From contig NC_042997.1 in assembly GCF_006345805.1 (NCBI RefSeq), positions 50,902,001-50,966,000 of the forward strand: a stretch of 64,000 nt of DNA, in the 5' to 3' direction. This stretch comes from Octopus sinensis. Lineage: Eukaryota. The translations under genes and the position numbers were made by a program. Shown one piece after another: positions 38,610-49,839 of this stretch (within the stretch, counting starts at the first letter, position 1; every line of letters begins with the position of its first letter). Below the pieces are notes generated by a model, which worked only from the letters and a program-made list of their open reading frames with translations, did no database searches and was not told the origin of the DNA.

Positions 38610-40810
38610 ATATATATAACATTTAAATAAAAAAAACCAGTTCATATTCAGCAGAAGCAACAGAGTGACTCAAGGGCTGAGAGTTTCGTGTGTTTGCACT
38701 TAACAAGCTAGTTACACCAATTATATATCATTTAGCTGAGTTGCTAGTCTATTATATCTATTAACATAAATACACCTGTAGGATGTATGTGTGTGTGTAT
38801 TTGTGTGTGTGATACATGGAGTTCTTTTAAAAGAACAAAATTTAAATGAGAACTGAAATATCTTAACTCTTCAACGTGAAAACTAAAACAAAAATCTTGA
38901 TTTAATTAGGATATACAGTATTTTAACGTCTACAATGAACATGTATAAGAAACTCCCATATTTTTTTAACCTAATTTTTCACAAAAAAAAGGTTCCTTAT
39001 ACACGTTAAAATACCCTAATAACGTTTAAAGCTGTAAAAGCTGTGCTTCTTTACTTTCAAAATTCACAATGAGCAAATTGTTTGAATGACATGAGAGCAG
39101 ACAGTGATAGAAAAAGAATGTTTAAGCAGAGAGAGAAAAAAAAGAGAGAAAGATATTATGGAGTAAAAACAGGAAGAAAATAATTAGGATTAAAGTCTTT
39201 TGTTGCAATGAATCACAAAGAATTGAGCGTCAAAACATCTTTGGTGACAGAATTTGCATGTGCATGTGTGCGTGCATGTCTGCAAGTGCTGTGAGGGTGA
39301 GGATTGGTAAAGACAGTAGATAATAGCATTAACCAGCTAAAATTTTCCAGAAAGACAGTTAAAGAGCAATGAGGAAAAATCAGATTATGGCAGATGGAAC
39401 AGAATTATAGGAAATTACAGAAAACAGGAAGGATAAAACAAATATTCCCCCCTCTCCTCACTCTTTATACCTAAAATCTTTCGTGATAACAGAAAAACTG
39501 GTTCATTGCATTAGAGAAACAAAACCAACATTCTGTTTCTCAGATGTTCCCCCCCCCTACCCTCTTCATAATAAAAATATGTTGCTTTCTGTTGTGTGCA
39601 CTCATTCCTTTTCATACATGCACAACATGCTAATAGCAGTACGTAAAACACGAACATGATAAATGGTACAATATTTTTTACATGAAAATCTAAAGCAGAA
39701 GTCTTATCTATTATCATCATCATTGTTTAACGTCCGTTTTCCGTGCCAGCACAGGTTGGACGGTTCGACCGGGGTCTGGGAAGCCAGGGGCTGCACCAGG
39801 CTCCAGTCTGATCTGGCAGTGTTTCTACAGCTGGATGCCCTTCCTAACGCCAACCACTCTGCAAGTGTAGTGGGTGCTTTTTACGTGCCACCTGCACAGG
39901 TGCCAGGGGTGTCTGGCATCGGCCACGATCGGTTGGTGCTTTTAACGTGCCACCGGCACGGAAGCCAGCCAAGGTGGCGCTGGCATCGGCCACGTTCCGA
40001 TGGTGCTTTTTTATGTGCCACCGGCACAGGTATCACAACTATCATGTAATTTATTTGACAGCCTAAGAATAAAAATGATTTAAGATTGTGTCTTGGTCTT
40101 ATCCAAATCACAGCAGTCTGATTGATTTGTTTAGATGTTTAACAACCAGGAGAGGGTGTAATGGCTGCTACAACTGCTACATCTTGTTATATATCCAAGA
40201 TAATTCTTACTAACTCAGTTTATCTAATTAGAAAACAGACACCAAATATCATAAATACCAGTGTATTAATGAGTGAATCACTTTGTCTTTTTATCTTTTA
40301 CCTTCTACATGTTTCAGTTACTAGACTGCGACCATGCTGGGGCATCACCTCGAAGAATCTTTTTATTGAATGAATCAAACCCAGTACCTATATTTTTTTT
40401 AAGCCTGGTACTTCGCCATGCAACACACAAGATTACAAACCCCAAGGGGTCTAAATTTATGGAAGGGAAAAGACCGAAGAAGACATGAGTAGAAATGACA
40501 AAATCTGATCTCAAAATGCTGACTATCACAAAAGGAGATGACAAAGGAACTTAACAAGTGGCAAAATGCTGTGTTGGAGAGAATTCTTCTAATTCAAGGC
40601 TTCTCAAATTAGTTTATATAGACTCTGGTTAGTGATTAATATTTTGGCAGGGGTGAATAAAAGTTTAGGGATACTCATTCTATTGCTCTGTTACAGGGAC
40701 ATAAACACACTAGTTGTCAACTGGTGGTGCACTATATGACACAGCAGCTTATAGCTTTTACTTCTCAAACACTTTCGGTCTCGATCCTTTCCAAGTGATC
40801 ATTCATAAAG

Positions 40811-42070
40811 CTAGGAGTGGCTGCGTGGTAAGTAGCTTGCTTATCAACCACATGGTTCCGGGTTCAGTCCCACTGCATGGCACCTTGGGCAAGTGTCTTC
40901 TACTATAGCCTCGGGCAGACCAAAGCCTAGTGAGTGGATTTGGTAAATGGAAACTGAAAGAAGCCTATCGTATATGCTACATGGTAGTGAAACTTGGGCT
41001 GTGACTGCTGAGGATTTGCGTAAGCTCACAAGAAATGAAGCCAGTATGCTCCGATGGATGTGTAACGTCAGTGTTCATAATCGACAGAGTGTAAGTACCT
41101 TGAGAGAAAAGTTGGACCTAAGAAGCATCAGTTGTTATGTGCAAGAGAGACGTTTGCGCTGGTATGGTCATGTGATGAGAATGGCTGAAGATAGTTGTGT
41201 GCGAAAGTGCCACACCCTGGCAGTTGAGGGGACCTGTGGAAGAGGTAGACTCAGGAAAACCTGGGTCGAGGTGGTGAAGCACGACCTTCGAACTTTAGGT
41301 CTCACCAAGGAAATGACCAGTGACCGAGACCTTTGGAAGTATGCTGTGCGTGAGAAAACCCGGCAAGACCAGTGAGAACAGTCAAAATCAAACCAAATTG
41401 AGGTCGATCAACATCAGGGCCCCCGTGCAGGTGACACGTAAAAGCACCATCCGTTCGTGGCCGTTTGCCAGCCCTGTCTGGGCCCCGTGTCAGTGGCACG
41501 TAAAAGCACCATCCGTTCGTGTTCGTTGCCAGCCTGGCCTGGCCCTCGTGCTGGTGACACGTAAAAGCACCATCCGTTCGTGGCCGTTTGCCAGCTCTGT
41601 CTGGCAGCACCATCCGTTCGTGGTCGTTTGCTAGCTCTGTCTGGCCCCCGTGCCGGTGACACATAAAAGCACCATCCGTTCGTGGCCGTTTGCCAGCCCT
41701 GTCTGGCCCCTGTGTCAGTGGCATGTAAAAGCACCATCCGTTCGTGTCCGTTGCCAGCCTCGCCTGGCCCCCGTGCCGGTGACACGTAAAAGCACCATCC
41801 GTTTCGTGGCCGTTTGCCAGCTCTGTCTGGCCCCGTGTCGGTGGCACATAAAAAGGACCATCCGTTCGTGGCCGTTTGCCAGCTCTGTCTGGCACCTGTG
41901 CGGGTGGCACGTAAAAAGCACCCACTACACTCACGGAGTGGTTGGCGTTAGGAAGGGCATCCAGCTGTAGAAACACTGCCAGATCTGACTGGGCCTGATG
42001 AAGCCTTCCGGCTTCACAGACCCCAGTTGAACCATCCAACCCATGCTAGCATGGAGAACGGATGCTAAAC

Positions 42071-42110
<40 letters not shown>

Positions 42111-42322
42111 TGTGTGTGTGTGTGTGTGTTTGTTTGTTCCCACAACATCGCTTGACAATCGATGCTGGTGTGTTTACATCCACTGTAACATTAGCGGTTC
42201 AGCAAAAAAGACCGATAGAATAAGTACTAGGCTTACAAAGAATAAGTCCTGGGGTCGATTTGCTCGACTAAAGGTGGTGCTCCAGCATGGCCGCAGTCAA
42301 ATGACTGAAACAAGTAAAAGAG
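40811..42322 (+). mobile_element. SINE family A split by an RTE insertion (5' half 40811-40975, 3' half 42110-42322)
   Basis: Head ends at the central microsatellite; the body resumes after the RTE (GAT)n tail. Confidence 0.85.
40976..42109 (+). mobile_element. 5'-truncated RTE-clade LINE with expanded 3' UTR subrepeats, inserted into a SINE
   Basis: ORF 40947-41375 MLHGSETW...RLRWYGHVMRM...GRGRLRKTW; 3' UTR; (GAT)n tail to 42109. Confidence 0.9.
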
Positions 42323-44499
42323 TATATGTTAACCACTAAAAAATCTTTGTTCTCAAGAAATTTGCCGAAAACAATCTTGTTTGAAGTGACACCGGAAAAC
42401 ACTTGTCCCTGTTTAGCATGCACATTTATATACTGCTTGCCCATGGGCTCCATTTTGCTTACTTCTCTAAGAGGGAGAGAAATATACAGCTATGAAGGTA
42501 AGGTCCCTGCTTCCCAGCCACATTGTTCAGGGTTCAGTCCCACTGCATGGCACCTTGGGCAAGTGTTTTCTACTATAGCCTCAGGCTGACCAAAGCCTTG
42601 TAAGCAGATTTGGCAGACATAAAGTGAAAAAAAACCCATCATGTGTGTGTGTGTGTGTGTATCTGTGTGTGTGTTTGAGTGTGTGTTCGTCCTTCGTCAC
42701 CGCTTGACAACCTGTGACGATGTGTTTGCATCCCCATAACTTGGGTGTTCAGCAAAAGAGACAGACAGAATAAGAACTGGGGTCAATTCACTCAACTAAA
42801 AGTTCAAGGTGGCCCTCCAGCATGGCCACAGTCTAATGACTGAAACAAGTAAAATATAGAAGAGTGTGTGTGTGTGTATGTGTGTTTATCTTGGCATCAG
42901 GCAATAGTGGTAAGTGTCACAATCACATGAAGGGTATCGTTCATTTTTAATCTTCCATTAGAACATATCCAACCATTCAAAAATATCAGGTTACTTAGAA
43001 ACAGTTGGGGGTTGGAGACAGAAAAGTCATACGGCCATGGAAAATCTGCCTCAACAAATCCCATCTAGCTGTTGCAAGCATGGAAAGTTGACATTAAGAC
43101 AGTGATGATACAACTGTGCTCTGGGTTTGATCCACTGTGCAGTGTCTTGGACACACATCTTTTATTACAGCCACCAGTTGACCAATGACTTGTGAAATTT
43201 GGTACAAGGAAACTATTCAGAAGGGAAAGGGGATATCAAGTTACATTCCCGCATAAAAAACAGAAGCCTGGCCTTTCAATATATACTAAATCCAAACAAG
43301 AGTTAAGGACAGAGTTTTTAGTACTAACATAGGTCTGGTCACATGACTGAAAAGAGTACATAACAATTGCTTTCAAAACATGACTAATTTACTAGTGTCC
43401 AATACAATTTACATAAGAAAAGACTCAATAAACTACAAATACAAACACAATTTTAATGCTTAAATTGTCTTAATGGGAGGGATATGTTTGGTGGGCATGG
43501 TGAAGATCACAAATATTAGGTTGCAAGTCGTGAGTTTGAACCACAAATCACTATATTCTATGTTCAAAGTGCTTCTAAGTTTGTTTGGTTAATAATCATC
43601 ATCAGCAGCAGCAGCAACAATACCTGAACATTATTATCTCAAGTCCGAGGACTCATTGGGGTGGTTACCCATTTTCCATGGAATGGAAGTGACCAAAATG
43701 AAAACATTACCCCTGAACAAGATGCTGGTTCATTGTAGGGATACCATTTATAGTCGAGTAAACTGCTCAAGAATGCAACACGCTACCCGATCTGGGAATT
43801 GAAAACACAATCCTGCAATCTTGGATGCACCACCCCAACCATAGGCCATGGACATTAGTAAATAATGAACATGGCATCCAGTTTCCACTATACATGAATG
43901 TAAAAGAACCGGTAAATGGGATCCACAGTTGCACAAAACCTGGGATATTCTGCTTGAAATATTCCCCACCAACCTCCTTCTATGAAGCCCTAAACTTTTA
44001 TTCACCCCTGCCAAAATGTTAATCAAAGACCAGAGCCTATATGAACTAGTTTGAGAAACCTTGAATTAGATGAATTCTCTTCAACACAGCATCTTAGCAC
44101 TTGTTGAGTTCCTTTGTCATCTCCCTTTGTGAGAATCGGTATTCTGAGGTCAGGTTACATCACTCCTAGCCATATCTTCCTTGGTCCATTCCTAACATAG
44201 AGTTACACACTTAGGGGTTTGTAGTCTTGCAAGCTGCATGGCAAACTCAATAATGCTGGGGGCACAAAAACAAGCACTCAGCACATGTTATAAAGTGGTT
44301 GGCATTAGGAAGAGCATCCAGCCATAGTAACCATGTCAAAGTAGACAGTGAAGTACAATGCAGTCCTTAGACTCATCAGATCCTATCAAACTGTCCAGGA
44401 CATGCCAGCATGGAACATGGACAATAAATGATGATGATGATGATGGTGGTGGTGGTGACATGTTACATGTCCATACCAATGCACTCTTCTCTCTTCTGC

Positions 44500-45690
44500 A
44501 CCACATCTGATAACTTCTTGTATCTAATTCATCTCTCAACTCATCTACACCTTATCATTTAAGCATCAAGCAAAGCATGCTCACTTCATTCTGTTCAAGC
44601 CTTCAAATATTCTTTATGTTGAATCATTCATTCATTCATTTGGTTCTCATTGTGCCTTGTGGCACTTGAGGCGACAGCAAGATCATTCCACCTTCCAACA
44701 CTGAAAGCGTCCTTAACAGCTTGTTCCATTGTCAACCCTCTGTTTTTAAGATCTTTTGTTATTGTTCTCCGTCACATTTCCTTTGATCAGCCACGTCTTC
44801 TTTAACCTTCTGGAACCCATTGCAAAGCGATCCTGACAACTGATTTCGGTTTATAGCAACAAACTCGACCCAACCGTTTCCATCTCCTTGCTTCAATAAT
44901 TTCCCTTATTGGTTTCACGTTAGCCTTGGTGTGTAGTTGGCTATTTAAGATCATATTCGGCCAATAGACTTTCAAAATTTTTCATAAACATTTATTTTGA
45001 AACACCTCCAATTTCTTTTCAATACTTTTTCCAACATTTGGATCCACAGAGGAGGATGCAACATTGAATGCCCATAGCTTATCACTTTGCAACATCACAG
45101 TTCATATACAAGCATCATACAATCTGCTCTTCATTCAAAAAGAAAAATCACATTGTGATCTGCCAAAGGTACTAATTTCCCTGCTCTTTTCCCGCCCTGC
45201 TCTTAATCTGGCTACTATGCTTTCAGTATAACCGTCACTCAATTAATTATGTTACCTCAGTAACAGAAGCTTTCAAGTACTTGTACAGAGCCTTCTGAGC
45301 ACTGGAAAGAATTTATTTTACTAATGCTCAGACTACAAACTACTGCTGTACATCTACCACATAGAAAGTCTTTTTACTGTCAACCAACATATAATCCCAA
45401 TACACATCATGTGTATCCATAGTTCACATTTGAGCAACCACATGGAATACACACGAACTCCATTTCTGTATAGTGAGCTCAGACATTTACCAGGCAAAAA
45501 CAGAAATCCTGTCTTCTTTCCTACTCAGTAAAACATTGGTCTTCACCATGTTCACTCTTAGACCTCTCAATTCATAGGTTTATTTCCATGTCGGAATTTT
45601 TTCTCTAAATCTTCCAGATTCCACTATAAGTATTACAAGAGCATCCAGAAAAGCCAGTCTTGTATTCTTATGCTTTAGCTTGTATTACTA
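44500..45690 (-). mobile_element. Degenerate RTE-type LINE remnants
   Basis: Decayed RT and C-terminal similarity on the minus strand, many stops. Confidence 0.5.
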
Positions 45691-46021
45691 CACTGGACGG
45701 GATGAGGCTAAGAACTGAACCTTGATGAACACCTACCTGTATATTGAATCCTGCCAACTTTAACATAGCTTCTGGCATCTCTGCACATGGCTTGCAAAGC
45801 TCTCACAAACCATTCATTTACAATTTAATTTTCTTAAAGACCACCATACAAAACTAGGTAGTATGTCACTTGCCCTTCTACTCTCTCTCTCTCTCTCTCT
45901 GTAAATATACATATGATACATAGACAGACAGACAGACACACATACACACACACATTGTGCATATAAACATATATTACATGCACATGCGTGCAGATACGTG
46001 TGTGTGTGTGTGTATGTATGT

Positions 46022-46052
<31 letters not shown>

Positions 46053-46381
46053 TTTTTGTTTATTTTTTCCCTCTCTCCATCTGTTTTCCCACCTCATCCC
46101 TTTCTATATCAAAGACCTTCCATTTTCCCTGATTGTCAAATTAATACACCAACCTCGTGTTATTCCCTCACCTGTCTCTTTCTTGTTTTTTTGTATATTT
46201 AGTTATGTATATTAGAAAATAAAATTAATAGAAATGGGTTTTTTTGCTAATTTTTCCACTTTAATAATTAGATGTTTATAAAGTGGGAGAATTATCAGAA
46301 AAGCCATTTCTATTCCTTTTTTCAAATAAATAATACTGTACCAAGAGCTTTCTATTTCTTATTCTACTGTATATATAAATA

Positions 46382-46438
<57 letters not shown>

Positions 46439-46439
46439 G

Positions 46440-46622
46440 TTAATCCAAACAAGAAAGCACAAAAAAAACACAACAACGCGAGGTCGTGGAACAAATATAG
46501 TATTATTGGACGCTCAGGAAAGAAGGAAAGGAGGAGGGTTTAACGTTTCGAGCGGAGCTCTTCGTCAGAAACATAGGAGAAGGGAAGACAGAGGGAAAAA
46601 ATCGCCAACGGTACACACGAGG

Positions 46623-46625
<3 letters not shown>
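46440..46625 (-). mobile_element. Penelope-like element pseudo-LTR fragment
   Basis: Carries a minimal hammerhead motif of the kind typical of PLE pLTRs; flanked by (TA)n. Confidence 0.55.
46538..46572 (-). ncRNA. Minimal type I hammerhead ribozyme motif
   Basis: Minus strand GUUU-CUGACGA-A-GAGC-UCC-GCUC-GAAAC-GU-U-AAAC: stem I GUUU/AAAC, stem II GAGC/GCUC, palindromic AACGUU at stem III. Confidence 0.7.
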
Positions 46626-46678
<53 letters not shown>

Positions 46679-47010
46679 CAGTAGAATAAGAAATAGAAAG
46701 CTCTTGGTACAGTATTATTTATTTGAAAAAAGGAATAGAAATGGCTTTTCTGATAATTCTCCCACTTTATAAACATCTAATTATTAAAGTGGAAAAATTA
46801 GCAAAATAACCCATTTCTTTAATTTTTTTTCTAATATACATAACTAAATATCAAAAAAAACAAGAAAGAGACAGGTGAGGGAATAACACGAGGTTGGTGT
46901 ATTAATTTGACAATCAGGGAAAATGGAAGGTCTTTGATATAGAAAGGGATGAGGTGGGAAAACAGATGGAGAGAGGGAAAAAATAAACAAAAAACTCTGT
47001 GTGTGTGTGT

Positions 47011-47042
<32 letters not shown>

Positions 47043-47345
47043 GTATCTGCACGCATGTGCATGTAATATATGTTTATATGCACAATGTGTGTGTGTATGT
47101 GTGTCTGTCTGTCTGTCTATGTATCATATGTATATTTACAGAGAGAGAGAGAGAGAGAGTAGAAGGGCAAGTGACATACTACCTAGTTTTGTATGGTGGT
47201 CTTTAAGAAAATTAAATTGTAAATGAATGGTTTGTGAGAGCTTTGCAGCCATGTGCAGAGATGCCAGAAGCTATGTTAAAGTTGGCAGGATTCAATATAC
47301 AGGTAGGTGTTCATCAAGGTTCAGTTCTTAGCCTCATCCCGTCCA

Positions 47346-47349
<4 letters not shown>

Positions 47350-47383
<34 letters not shown>

Positions 47384-47385
47384 TA

Positions 47386-47419
<34 letters not shown>

Positions 47420-47613
47420 GCGTTAGGAAGGCATCCAGCTGTAGAAACATTGCCAAATTAGACTGGAGCCTGGTGCAGCCTTCTGGCTCCCAAGAACCCC
47501 GGTCGAACCGTCCACCCATGCTAGCTTGGAGAACGGACGTTAAACGACGATGATGACGATGATGATATATATTGTGATATTATATATATATATATATATA
47601 TATATTATTTATA

Positions 47614-47656
<43 letters not shown>

Positions 47657-47663
47657 GTATATA

Positions 47664-47695
<32 letters not shown>

Positions 47696-47736
47696 GTATA
47701 TATATATATATATATAGATAATATATATGTATATTA

Positions 47737-47778
<42 letters not shown>

Positions 47779-47984
47779 GTATATATATGTATATATTATG
47801 TATATATATATATATATAATATGTATATAGATGTATATTATATGTATATATATAATATATATATGTATAATATATGTATATATTATAATATATATATATA
47901 TATATATGTATATAATGTATTATATATATTATATATGTATATATATATATCTATATATTTATATATATATATATATATATATTC

Positions 47985-48017
<33 letters not shown>

Positions 48018-48160
48018 GTAATATATATGTATATATATTATATATATATATATATAATATGTATAATATTCTATATATATATATATGTGTATATATTATG
48101 TATATATATAATATATGTATAGTATGTGTAGATCTATTATATATATATGTATACTAAGAT
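47350..48160. repeat. (TA)n-rich tracts (interrupted by a family B tail at ~47415-47570); further long tracts at 53700-54370, 55100-55850, 59040-59300, 60080-60205, 60435-60700
   Basis: Direct reading. Confidence 0.95.
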
Positions 48161-48164
48161 ATAT

Positions 48165-48690
48165 AAGATGGCGCTGAACTAACAACAAGTGTGTTAACTC
48201 TCTCTCCTCCCTAACATTAAGGAAGTCCTTCCAGAGATCGATGTTATCAGAAGCGAATTGTCTGCAAAGCGAATATAAGTGAAAGTACAACAGTCACTGT
48301 ATTTGAGAAGATATTTACGCTTTTGATATATATGTTTGCAACTAGAACATACTCGCGAATACACGTGTTAAAACGCACGTGTGTACTTTTCCCGAATCGA
48401 AGTGAATTATTTCTTCGTCTGTGAATCACAAACCAAATATTTTCGTTTTTGATGTATATCTGCGTGTTCTGAAGAGTCCGCTCTGAAAATTTGCTGCTTA
48501 AAAAAATACCAAAATCGCTTAGAAAATACAAACTGTTGCACGTGCTAAATCGAACTCAAATCCCTTTTGTTTACAAAGCGCTTGGAGAATAAAAGGTCTT
48601 GTCTATCTATTTTGTCTATCTATCTTCCTTTCTCATAAAAAGGAATCGCGTAAGTAAGTACTCTCTCTCAGCCGTTAAGGTAAGGAAAAA
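48165..48690. promoter_or_regulatory. Candidate promoter / first-exon region
   Basis: Unique, CpG-richer sequence with AAGATGGCG (YY1-type motif) at the left edge, CACGTG motifs, and two strong plus-strand donors (c|gtaagt at 48650, ag|gtaagg at 48680). Confidence 0.35.
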
Positions 48691-49189
48691 AAAAAATATT
48701 ACTTATTTTGTTTTCATTAGTTTCTTTCAAACAGAAATAATAATATATCTATTGTATGTATATGTGTGTGTTAAAGTATAGCGCAATTATTTTAGAAGAC
48801 ATTGTTTTAGCGACGACCACAAATTATATCTTCTTTTCTCTTTTTCTCTGTAAATTCTGTAAAATCTCTATGTGTAGTATATGCATGTGTTAAAAGTATA
48901 GTCGCAATTAGTTTTTTATTTTTAGAATACATTGTCTGTATAGCGACAAATACATATTTTCTTTTCTCTTTTCTCTGCTTAATTCTGTAAATCTCTTGGA
49001 TTGTTTTCTTTCAGCTATTTCATTATTATTATTATTGTTTCTTTATATACTCACTTGGTACTACTGTTTTATATATGTGCGTGTGCACACATGTGTATAT
49101 GTGTGTATGTGTATATATGTATACGCGTGTGTGTGGTGTGTGTACAAATAGCTTCGCTAGAATTCCTCCCCTCCTCGCTCTCTCTCTGT

Positions 49190-49830
49190 CTGTCTCTTCA
49201 GTTCTCTCCCTCACGCTCTCCTTGTCTCCTTGTCTCTTCATAGCTCTCATTCTATCTTACTCCCCTCTTTCAATATATAAATTCTCTCTCTATATTTCTT
49301 CCTTCTCTCCCTATCTCTTCAGTTTCTCTCTTCATTACTCTCTTCTATCTCTCAGTTTCTTCCCTCTCCCTCTTCTCCTTGTCCTCCATTTCTCTCTTCT
49401 AACTTACTCTCCTCTCTCGATACATATAAGGACATAGACGCTTTCTCTCTCTTCCTTCAGCTCTCGGTCTCTCCTCTTCCTCTTCTCTCTTACTCTCGTC
49501 TCCCAATTTCTCCTTAAGTACATAGACGCTCCCTTTCTCTTCTAACTTACTCTCCTCTCTCCTCGGATACATATAAGGACATAGACGCTTTCTCTCTCTT
49601 CCTTCAGCTCTCAGTCTCTTCCTCTTTCCTCTTCTCTCTTACTCTCGGCTCCCAATTTCTCCTTAAGTCATAGACGCTCCCTTTCTCTACTTTCTCCCTA
49701 CCCCCCATTGCACTATTAATAATTATAAATTAATATAATATAATATAATATAATTCCTCCCTTCCTCACAATCACAATCTCTTCCTCTCTCCTCCCTTCT
49801 CCCTTTTTCCCTCACACTCTTCTCTCTCTC
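49190..49830. repeat. CT-rich low-complexity tract with an internal ~147-bp tandem duplication
   Basis: ctaacttactc...catagacgctccctttctct occurs twice (~49395-49540, ~49541-49690). Confidence 0.85.
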
Positions 49831-49839
49831 TCTCCTCCT

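Larger units (their letters stand above)
45689..47350. repeat. Inverted duplication, arms ~45689-46438 and ~46626-47350
   Basis: The same ORFs appear on opposite strands (45814-/46999+, 45834-/46949+, 45957+/46844-). Confidence 0.95.

Noticed and set aside
41420-41925. CRISPR-like periodic array
   Set aside because: The inter-repeat segments are homologous to each other, the array lies in an RTE 3' UTR, there are no cas genes and the context is eukaryotic.
40520-44130. Inverted homology between ~40520-40680 and ~43985-44130
   Set aside because: Two diverged copies of a dispersed repeat in opposite orientation, not a discrete structure.
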